Assembly: GCA_043825735.1 (NCBI GenBank)
Contig: JBDRRP010000050.1
Span: forward strand, 62,001-95,545
Length of the DNA stretch: 33,545 nucleotides
Direction of reading: 5' to 3'
Origin: Pseudomonadota bacterium
GTDB taxonomy: Bacteria; Desulfobacterota; Desulfobacteria; Desulfobacterales; JBDRRP01
Shown here: one piece after another, positions 26,160-33,545 of the stretch
Position numbering within the stretch: the first letter of the stretch is position 1
How the letters are laid out: every line of letters begins with the position of its first letter
Made by a program: the position numbers and the translations under genes
The notes under the pieces: generated by a model
Told to the model about the DNA's origin: nothing
What the model saw: the letters and a program-made list of their open reading frames with translations, nothing else
The model's database searches: none

Positions 26160-27500
26160 TTACGATCCCCTTCCGGGTTTTGCGATTTCGTTGAGCCTTT
26201 GCCTGATCAGCGCCGCCAGCGTCGGCGCTCCGTGGTCGCGGTATTCGTAGGTGACGCGGACCATGGGTTTCTCGATGCGCACCAGGCTGGCAAGATCAAT
26301 GGGCGTTGCCGACACCACCACATCGCAGTCGGTGCGGTTGATGGTGGCCTCCAGATCGGTGATCTGCCGCCTGCTGTAGCCCATGGCCGGCAGTACGTGG
26401 CCGATCGCGGGGTAGGCGGCGAACGTGTCTTTGATGGCACCGACCAGATAGGGCCTGGGATCCACCAGCCCGGCCGCGCCGTGACGGCGGGCGGCGATGA
26501 CGCCGGCGCCGAAGGCCATTTCTCCGTGAGTGAGCGTGGGGCCGTCCTCCACCACCAGCACGCGCTTGCCGGCAATGGCGCCGGGATTGTCCGCCAGCAC
26601 CTCGGATTCGGCAAGAATGATGGCCGCCGACGGGTTGTGCGCGGCGATGGTCTCCCGCACGGCCGCGACCTGGGCGGGCTCGGCGCTGTCCACCTTGTTG
26701 ATGACGGCGATATGGGCCATGAGCATGTTGGTCTCGCCGGGGTGGTAGGTGGTTTCGTGTCCGGCCCGGTGCGGGTCGAAGACCACGATATGGATGTCCG
26801 GCCGGTAAAAGGGCGTGTCGTTGTTGCCGCCGTCCCAGACGATGACGTCGGCTTCGGTTTCGGCCTGCCGCAGGATTTTTTCGTAATCCACCCCGGCATA
26901 GATCACCGCCCCCATGCGCACCACCGGCTCGTATTCCTCCCGCTCCTCAATGGTGCAGTTCTGGGCGGAGATATCGGCAAGGGTGGCAAACCGCTGCACT
27001 ACCTGGCGGGTCAAATCGCCGTAGGGCATGGGGTGGCGGACGACCACCACCGTTTTTCCCATGTCCTGAAGGATGCGCACCACCTGGCGGCTGGTCTGCG
27101 ACTTGCCGCAGCCGGTGCGCACCGCGCAGACCGATATGATGGTCTTGTTTGAGGCGAGCATGGTGTACGGGGCGCCGATGATGATGAAGTCCGCGCCGGC
27201 CGCGGTGACGATGGAGGCCTTGTGCATCACTTCGGTGTGGCGCACATCGCTGTAGGAAAATGCCACCAGATCCACTTTTCGGTCACGGATCACGGCGGCG
27301 AGCTGACTGTCGGCAACGATGGGGATCCCCTCGGGGTAAAAAGATCCGGACAGCTCTGGCGGGTACTGGCGGCCGTCGATGTCGGGGATCTGAGTGGCGG
27401 TAAAGCACACCACCCGGTAACGCGGGTTGTCTCTGAAGTAGACGTTGAAATTGTGAAAGTCGCGCCCGGCCGCACCCATGATGATGACGTTTTCGATCAA
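26160..27500 (-). CDS. P-loop NTPase of the cyclic-2,3-diphosphoglycerate-synthetase-like family; probable arginine synthetase (ArcE-like)
   Basis: IMGAAGRDFHNFN, AVRTGCGKSQT, RHPMPYGDL, TIEEREEYE, WDGGNND, VEDGPTLTHG, PAMGY; lies between arcB and arcC. TTG start at 27500 after GGAGGG. Confidence 0.8.
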   Translation of the reverse strand: MIENVIIMGAAGRDFHNFNVYFRDNPRYRVVCFTATQIPDIDGRQYPPELSGSFYPEGIPIVADSQLAAVIRDRKVDLVAFSYSDVRHTEVMHKASIVTAAGADFIIIGAPYTMLASNKTIISVCAVRTGCGKSQTSRQVVRILQDMGKTVVVVRHPMPYGDLTRQVVQRFATLADISAQNCTIEEREEYEPVVRMGAVIYAGVDYEKILRQAETEADVIVWDGGNNDTPFYRPDIHIVVFDPHRAGHETTYHPGETNMLMAHIAVINKVDSAEPAQVAAVRETIAAHNPSAAIILAESEVLADNPGAIAGKRVLVVEDGPTLTHGEMAFGAGVIAARRHGAAGLVDPRPYLVGAIKDTFAAYPAIGHVLPAMGYSRRQITDLEATINRTDCDVVVSATPIDLASLVRIEKPMVRVTYEYRDHGAPTLAALIRQRLNEIAKPGRGS

Positions 27501-27587
27501 CTGATGTATCCCTCCGTGCCTCGGCGTAACAGTTCTGGCGTGCGTAACGGCAATGCCCGTGTCAATCGGGTCTGGAAAAGGATCCAA

Positions 27588-27800
27588 GGATTCGAGGATT
27601 CAAGGGTTCAAGTGAACTGCCCACCCCAAATGATACCGCTTTGATGATGTGGGCTTGATGGGGGGCCTTTGCGCCCTCGGCCGCTACTTGCAACGATGGA
27701 TAGCCGTGATCCCATCCATATCTTGAAAATAAGCTAAAAGAGGCGAGTGGCGGTGGTGTGGTTTTAGGTTTTCCACTTGACCCCTTGAATCCTCGAATCC
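27588..27800. repeat. Inverted repeat of 8-nt-period units enclosing 159 bp
   Basis: GGATTCGAGGATTCAAGGGTTCAAGTG (27588-27614) versus CACTTGACCCCTTGAATCCTCGAATCC (27774-27800): 26/27 complementary. Confidence 0.85.
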
Positions 27801-27817
27801 TCGAACCCTGCATTCTT

Positions 27818-28819
27818 CTAATCTGCCAGCGTGGCCACCATGACGGCCTTGATGGTGTGCACCCGGTTTTCCGCCTGGTCGAAGACCACCGAGGCCGGAG
27901 ATTCGAACACGGAATCAGTCACCTCCATCGCTTCGAGGCCGAACTGCTGAAAGATCTTCTCGCCGATGTCGGTCTCCCGATTGTGAAAGGCCGGCAGGCA
28001 GTGGAGGAATTTCACTTTCGGATTGCCGGTCAGCGCCATGACCGTATCGTTGACCTGGTAGGGCTTGAGCAGCCGGATGCGCTCGGCCCAGACCGATTCG
28101 GGCTCTCCCATGGAGACCCATACATCGGTATAGAGAAAGTCGCAGCCTTTCACCCCGGCGCGCACATCGTCGGTGAGGGTGATGGTGGCGCCGTTTTTTT
28201 CGGCGATGGGCCGCACTTTCGCGACCAGTTCCGGATCGGGCTGGAGCGCAGTAGGCGCCACTGCGCGAAAATCGATTCCCATGAGCGCCGATCCCACCAT
28301 CAGCGAATTGCCCATGTTGTTTCTGGCGTCTCCCAGATAGGCCAGCGACATTTTCGACAACGGCTTGGTGCAGTGTTCCATCATGGTCAAAAGATCGGCA
28401 AGCACCTGGGTGGGGTGAAATTCGTCGGTGAGGCCGTTCCAGACCGGAACGCCGGCATGGGCCGCCAGGGTTTCGACCCGCTCCTGGGCGAAGCCTCGGT
28501 ATTCGATGCCGTCATACATCCGTCCGAGCACCCGGGCCGTGTCCTTGATCGACTCCTTCGAGCCCAACTGAGACCCGGATGGGTCAAGATAGGTGACCTG
28601 GGCCCCCTGGTCGTAGGCGGCAGTTTCAAAGGCGCAGCGGGTGCGGGTCGAGGTTTTCTCGAAGATCAGAACGATGTTTTTCCCTTTGAGGCGGGCGGTC
28701 CCCATCCCGGCTGCCCGGCCCCGTTTGAGCTCGGCCGCAAGGTCCAGCAGTGAGCGGATCTCGACCGGGGTAAAATCCAGCAGTTTTAAAAAGCTTCGGT
28801 GTTTCAGATTAGGTGTCAT
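27818..28819 (-). CDS. arcB: Ornithine carbamoyltransferase (ArgF/ArcB; catabolic role inferred from context)
   Basis: [57 protein letters not shown] before ATG 28819. Confidence 0.93.
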   Translation of the reverse strand: MTPNLKHRSFLKLLDFTPVEIRSLLDLAAELKRGRAAGMGTARLKGKNIVLIFEKTSTRTRCAFETAAYDQGAQVTYLDPSGSQLGSKESIKDTARVLGRMYDGIEYRGFAQERVETLAAHAGVPVWNGLTDEFHPTQVLADLLTMMEHCTKPLSKMSLAYLGDARNNMGNSLMVGSALMGIDFRAVAPTALQPDPELVAKVRPIAEKNGATITLTDDVRAGVKGCDFLYTDVWVSMGEPESVWAERIRLLKPYQVNDTVMALTGNPKVKFLHCLPAFHNRETDIGEKIFQQFGLEAMEVTDSVFESPASVVFDQAENRVHTIKAVMVATLAD

Positions 28820-28861
28820 CGGCATCTCTCCGTTCGTGTCCATCCACAGGGTGGCGGGGCA

Positions 28862-31072
28862 CTATCCAGCCAGTTTTTGTATCACATATCCGTGCAGGGC
28901 GGCAGCCAGGGCCGGCGTTTCCTTTTCCAACAGCTCCCGGGCGTCCTTTGTCAGCAGGGCCGCCTGGAAGGTGTCGGCGGCGGTGATGGTGCTTTGGGCC
29001 GTGGCAATGCCGAAGGCCGCTCCAGCAGCGGCCACATCGCCGGGCAGCAGTGTCCGCAGCCGGGTGCCCGCATCGTCGTCGGTTTCGGTGGCCTCTCCGG
29101 CGATCACCAGATAAAGGGCATCCACCGGTGCCCCCCTGGCCATAATGACCGTGCCGGCATTGTATTCCCGGAGCTGAAGCCATGGCGACAGATGTTCGAG
29201 CAGCGCTTCATAGCGTTCCTGCTGCTCCAGGTGGGCAATGACGTCGTCCACGGATTGGTCGAACAACGCTTCCCGGCTGTCGCCCGATGTGGCCGAATCT
29301 TTCATCGCCTGGTCGATGAGCCGCTCTTCACACCACTCCAGCCCCCGGTCGATGTCCGGCAAAAAGACAACCAGGGGTAGTGCCGCTGCCGGCAGGTGTG
29401 CTTTCAGGGCATCTTCAAACCGTTTGTCGGTGGCGGTGAATAGCACCATGGTCTTGCCGGAGGCGGCATTGACGGCAAACCGGGTGAAGTTGTTGACGGC
29501 CGATACATCGAAACCCGAGACGCTGCTGAAGTCGATCATGACCACTTCGGGGCGCGGCAGCTTGCCGAGGTCTTCTTTGAGTGATGCCACCAGCGTAGCG
29601 GCGGAACCGAAAAAGAGATACCCCGTCAGTTCATAACCGATGATGCGGCTGCCGGCGGCGGTCAGGATTTTCCGGTGAGGGATTGGGCGCTGTTTGAGGC
29701 TGCGCCGGTCCCCTGCCGTAAAGGTGGACGCGATCACCGGCACGCGGCTGAAGCGCACCACAAAGAAAACCACGGTCGCCACCAGACCGAACGCCACGCC
29801 CTGCATGAAGCCAAAAATGCCGATCACCAGAAAGATAGTCACCACGATGACATAGTCGACCAGGGGCAGGCGTTTTCGGGTTTCGATCACCCAGTCGTAG
29901 ATGAAGAACAGCCCCAGGAGCAGCAGCAGACCTCCCAGCAGGGGTTTTGGGAAAAATTCCAGAACCCGCCCGCCGACAAAAAGGACGGCGGCCACCACGG
30001 CCGCTGTTACCAATCCGGTCCAGCGCGAATCGGCCCCGGTCTTAAAGCCCAGCAACGACAGGGAGATGGCCGGGTACCCGGGTATCGATCCGCCGCAGCC
30101 GGCCAGAAAATTGCCGGCGCTGCCGATGGTGAACTCCCGGTTCATGTCGGTCTCGCCGCCGATGCCCAGCTCGATGCCGCTCATATTGAGCAGCATGCCC
30201 ACGACGGTCACCAGGACGACCGTCAGAATGCCGGGGAGCTGACGCCATACGATGGCCCAGTCCACCTGGGAAAGATCAGACAGTCTGACTGCGGGCCAGA
30301 GGCCGTCGGCCGGAAGACCCGACACGAGAAAACCGGCGGCCTTGGCACTGTCGACGGACATGCCTGTGACGGCAAACCCCACGTAGAACAGCACTGTCGC
30401 CACGGCCAGTGACCCGGGCAGGATGAGAAAATGAGACCAGCGCAGCATGATTGCGAACAGCACGGTCCCGTATACTACCCCCGGCAGCCACAGGGCGGCC
30501 ACTGCCGGTGTCATCATCTGCTGAACCGTGCCTGGGGCCGGAGACACCCCGCACATCACCGAGATGCCGCCCACGCTGAGCAACCATCCGGAGCCGGCAA
30601 GAAATCCGCCTACCACCGGGTAGGGCATGAACCGGAGCAGATTGGCCAGGCGGAACCGCCCGATGACCAGGAAGGCCGCCGCCGATGCAAAGGCCGATGC
30701 CAGCATGGCGGCGGCAACGGTCATGAAACAGGCCTCGAGCGGTGCGGTGGCAGCCATTGCGGCGGCTACGGCCGCAGCCACCGTGGACATGACGGCCGTG
30801 GGTGCATCCTGTCCGATGCCGATGATGCTTTTAAATGCGCTGCCCAGGGCACCCACCGTGCAGATCGCCAACGTTCCCCAGAGCGTGAGTCCAGCGCCCC
30901 TGAGGGCCAGCGGCGCCAGTGGTCCCGAGTAGATCATGGCGGCAAAGGAAAGGGCGAGGATCACTGTCAAGATGCCCATCACCAGGCCGATGCTGACGGC
31001 TGGCAGCATCCTCGGTGACCGAAGATCTTGCGCCAGTTCGGTAAACAGTTCGCTTGGTTTCATGTATTCCAT
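28862..31072 (-). CDS. SulP/SLC26 anion transporter with STAS and cNMP-binding-like domains
   Basis: FMPYPVVGGFLAG and multiple TM helices; STAS GYLFFG..IDFSSVSGFD.S..DRGLEWCE; C-terminal LYLVIAG..LLPGDV. Confidence 0.88.
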   Translation of the reverse strand: MEYMKPSELFTELAQDLRSPRMLPAVSIGLVMGILTVILALSFAAMIYSGPLAPLALRGAGLTLWGTLAICTVGALGSAFKSIIGIGQDAPTAVMSTVAAAVAAAMAATAPLEACFMTVAAAMLASAFASAAAFLVIGRFRLANLLRFMPYPVVGGFLAGSGWLLSVGGISVMCGVSPAPGTVQQMMTPAVAALWLPGVVYGTVLFAIMLRWSHFLILPGSLAVATVLFYVGFAVTGMSVDSAKAAGFLVSGLPADGLWPAVRLSDLSQVDWAIVWRQLPGILTVVLVTVVGMLLNMSGIELGIGGETDMNREFTIGSAGNFLAGCGGSIPGYPAISLSLLGFKTGADSRWTGLVTAAVVAAVLFVGGRVLEFFPKPLLGGLLLLLGLFFIYDWVIETRKRLPLVDYVIVVTIFLVIGIFGFMQGVAFGLVATVVFFVVRFSRVPVIASTFTAGDRRSLKQRPIPHRKILTAAGSRIIGYELTGYLFFGSAATLVASLKEDLGKLPRPEVVMIDFSSVSGFDVSAVNNFTRFAVNAASGKTMVLFTATDKRFEDALKAHLPAAALPLVVFLPDIDRGLEWCEERLIDQAMKDSATSGDSREALFDQSVDDVIAHLEQQERYEALLEHLSPWLQLREYNAGTVIMARGAPVDALYLVIAGEATETDDDAGTRLRTLLPGDVAAAGAAFGIATAQSTITAADTFQAALLTKDARELLEKETPALAAALHGYVIQKLAG

Positions 31073-31466
31073 ATAATTGCGAGTATGTAGGGTCGCTTAA
31101 GGCTTCCGGCGGCCGATGTATTGCGCTGAGTATAGCGATGGACGGTGAGCAGTGGCAATAGCGTTTCAATCAGATGACCCCGAGCCAAGTCAAGCCCCGC
31201 GGTGCGCTTTTTTTTGCGGTGCCGCCGGAAAAGTCACCAGCGCTGGACTGGACACAGTGATCCCGGGCGCTGTTCAGTGGCCGGTGAACCTGATACACTA
31301 TCGACGCGATGGCATGCGCGCGTCTGAGTCCGCATGGACTTCCGAACCTGGTTATGCACTATTCTCCAATGAATGGGCAGGCGCTGTTTTGAGCAAATAA
31401 AATTCGTCATTGCACCGAAGCGCCCATCGCGGCATTCCATATGGGCACCGGGGGTTACCAAATCGT

Positions 31467-31560
31467 GTAGGGTGCGGGGTTTATCCCCGCCCGTGATCGG
31501 TGAACACAAACGATGGGGGTCATCTTCGCCGATTGCGGGAGGGGGTGACCTCTCCCCTAC
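31467..31560. repeat. GTAG-type REP doublet (REPIN-like)
   Basis: GTAGGGTGCGGGGTTTATCCCCGCCC ... GCGGGAGGGGGTGACCTCTCCCCTAC: two hairpins in inverted orientation with GTAG/CTAC feet. Confidence 0.8.
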
Positions 31561-31580
31561 GAAACAGCCAGAACCCCGGA

Positions 31581-31612
31581 TTGACAAACGTGTATAACCA
31601 GATTCATAAAAT
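31581..31612 (+). promoter_or_regulatory. Possible sigma70 promoter for the GNAT-nitrilase gene
   Basis: TTGACA at 31581; CATAAAAT about 18-20 nt downstream (non-ideal spacing). Confidence 0.3.
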
Positions 31613-31688
31613 GAAACACGCGACCGTGTAGTTGCCGGCACCGGAGCGATCCGGCGCGTTATTGGCGGCGCACGAAAAGGAAAAATCA

Positions 31689-33224
31689 ATGACCGATCCG
31701 GAGACGAGTCATAGACTGACCACCCGAAATCTGAAATTGTCCGATCACAGTGATATCAGTGCCATCATGGCCGAAGCCTATGCCGGGATGGGCGGCGCAT
31801 GGACCCTCGAGCAGTTTTCGAACCTGCTTTTGCTGTTTCCCGAAGGCCAGATCTGCATCGAAGACAAAGGCACCGTGGCCGCCGCAGCCCTAACCCTTAT
31901 CATCAAGGAGGCCGACCTGGAGCGGGATCATTCCTATGAAGACATCGTCAGCGACGGCCGGTTTAACAAGCACGATGCCGATGGGGACTATCTCTACGGC
32001 ATCGATCTATTTGTTCATGCCGATTACCGCGGCATGAGGCTGGGGCGAAGGCTCTACGATGCGAGAAAATCCCTGTGCGAGCAGCTCAACCTGAAGGGGA
32101 TCATTGCCGGCGGGCGCATTCCCGGCTATGAGAAGTACCACACGTCTCTCAGCCCGGGTGAGTACATTCGTAAGGTCCAGAACCGCGAAATCGTCGACCC
32201 GGTGCTCACGTTCCAGATTTCCAACGACTTCCACCCCAAACGGGTTCTCAGAGACTACATCCCCGAGGACAACCGCTCGCGGGCCTGCGCAGTGTATCTC
32301 GTGTGGAACAACATTTTCTACGAATCCCGGAAGAAAATCGTGTGGGGGCGAACGTCGAATGTCCGCCTGGGCGTGGTCCAGTGGCAGATGCGGGCGTTCG
32401 AGTCTCTGGACGGACTTCTTCAGCAGGTCGAATTCTTTGTCGACGCCGTGGCCGGTTACAAAGCCGACGTGGTGCTGTTTCCGGAGATGTTCAACGCCCC
32501 CCTGCTGGCCCAGTACGATCAGCAGGATCCGCCCAAGGCCATGCGGACATTAGCCGAGCACACCGCGCGGATTCGAAACGAAATGCTTCAGATGGCCCTC
32601 ACCTACAATATCAATATCGTCACCGGAAGCCTGCCGGAATACAATGACGGCAGGCTCTGCAACGTCTCCTTTTTATGCCGCCGCGACGGCACCTGGGACG
32701 CCCAGTACAAACTGCACGTCACCCCCGACGAGGCGGAATACTGGGGCATCCAGGGCGGGCAGGGGCTCAAGGTGTTTAACAGCGACGTGGGCAAGATCGG
32801 CATCCTCATCTGCTACGATGTGGAATTTCCCGAGCTTTCCAGGCTCCTGGCCGATCAGGGCATGAAGATCCTGCTGGTGCCGTTTTGGACGGACACGAAA
32901 AACGGGTACCTGCGCATCCGCCGCTGCGCCCAGGCGCGGGCCATCGAAAACGAATGCTACGTGGCCATCTCCGGCAGCGTCGGCAATCTTCCCAAGGTGG
33001 AGAACATGGACATTCAGTATGCCCAGTCGGCCATTTTCACTCCATCAGATTTTGCCTTTCCCCACGATGCCGTTGCCGCCGAGGCGACCCCCAACACGGA
33101 GATGACGCTGCTGGCCGATCTCGACCTGGACCTGCTCAAGGAGCTGCGCAAGCAGGGCAGCGTGCGTAACCTGGACAGCCGGCGAAAGGATCTGTACTCG
33201 GTGAACTGGACTGCCGGGAAATAG
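31689..33224 (+). CDS. Bifunctional GNAT / carbon-nitrogen hydrolase (nitrilase superfamily)
   Basis: GNAT FPEGQ..YRGMRLGRRLYDARK; E-K-C triad FPEMF, YKLH, ICYDVEFPE; ARAIENE. RBS AAGGA before ATG 31689. Confidence 0.9.
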   Translation: MTDPETSHRLTTRNLKLSDHSDISAIMAEAYAGMGGAWTLEQFSNLLLLFPEGQICIEDKGTVAAAALTLIIKEADLERDHSYEDIVSDGRFNKHDADGDYLYGIDLFVHADYRGMRLGRRLYDARKSLCEQLNLKGIIAGGRIPGYEKYHTSLSPGEYIRKVQNREIVDPVLTFQISNDFHPKRVLRDYIPEDNRSRACAVYLVWNNIFYESRKKIVWGRTSNVRLGVVQWQMRAFESLDGLLQQVEFFVDAVAGYKADVVLFPEMFNAPLLAQYDQQDPPKAMRTLAEHTARIRNEMLQMALTYNINIVTGSLPEYNDGRLCNVSFLCRRDGTWDAQYKLHVTPDEAEYWGIQGGQGLKVFNSDVGKIGILICYDVEFPELSRLLADQGMKILLVPFWTDTKNGYLRIRRCAQARAIENECYVAISGSVGNLPKVENMDIQYAQSAIFTPSDFAFPHDAVAAEATPNTEMTLLADLDLDLLKELRKQGSVRNLDSRRKDLYSVNWTAGK

Positions 33225-33246
33225 TACCGTGCCGCGCATGCGGTAC
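33224..33246. terminator. Hairpin immediately after the stop codon
   Basis: GTACCG...CGGTAC; no adjacent U-tract. Confidence 0.3.
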
Positions 33247-33458
33247 CCATCGGAGCGGTTTTGATAACCCCGGAGTTAATCCGTGGAAAGTCAACAGTAA
33301 TTTTGGGCGTAAGTCATGCCCGAAGGCGTTGAAAATTCCGAGATAATTCTTTTACGGATTAACTTATAAAAGAGCATAAACTGACGTTAATAATCGTTCC
33401 TTCTCAACCGACCATGATAGAGGTTTTACCGATAAACAAAATCAACTGCTTTTGATTT

Positions 33459-33485
33459 TCTCCGTGTCCTCCGCGACTCCGTGGT
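33459..33485. repeat. 9-nt-period repeat arm (reverse orientation of the CACGGAG family)
   Basis: TCTCCGTGTCCTCCGCGACTCCGTGGT. Confidence 0.6.
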
Positions 33486-33545
33486 GCTCCCGATGTCAGC
33501 GGGGACACCGTTATTTGATGCTGAATTGGCGCTTCATAGAGAAGC

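Noticed and set aside
26160..27500. True cyclic 2,3-diphosphoglycerate synthetase
   Set aside because: No 2-phosphoglycerate kinase nearby; the arcB/arcC context favours arginine metabolism.
23471..28753. Long plus-strand ORFs (23471, 24593, 25965, 27758)
   Set aside because: Antisense shadows of pyrB, arcC, the arcE-like gene and arcB, typical of high-GC codon usage.
33501..33510. GGGGACACCG motif like the cassette-junction motif
   Set aside because: Single copy at the window edge with unknown downstream context; it also cautions that the motif is not exclusive to the Rhs array.

Overview
A GC-rich bacterial window. The gene content and intergenic repeat style suggest a Desulfobacterota-like anaerobe (inference). 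Left flank: 5' part of ackA, a DMT/EamA transporter, a secreted Cys-rich protein and an MFS efflux pump. Centre (about 5.1-20.7 kb): an all-plus-strand accessory locus. It encodes a signal-peptide LamG/tail-fibre-like protein, a signal-peptide Ig/FN3/alpha-barrel/LamG protein and a ~2100-aa signal-peptide Rhs toxin with an apparently dead transglutaminase-like domain. These are followed by three toxin-tip/membrane-immunity modules interleaved with two RAYT-like Y1 HUH transposase elements and recurring GGG(A/T)CACC-type junction motifs, and finally a signal-peptide phage tail-collar fibre. Right flank: an acetyl-CoA hydrolase-GNAT fusion, a minus-strand SulP-arcB-(arcE-like)-HEPN-like-arcC-pyrB cluster lacking arcA, and a GNAT-nitrilase fusion. 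Several families of REP-like intergenic palindromes are dispersed throughout. The best candidate novel system is a Sec-exported Rhs toxin apparatus with domesticated phage tail fibres, whose toxin/immunity cassettes may be remodelled by RAYT transposases. All family calls come from motif recognition by eye; no searches were run.
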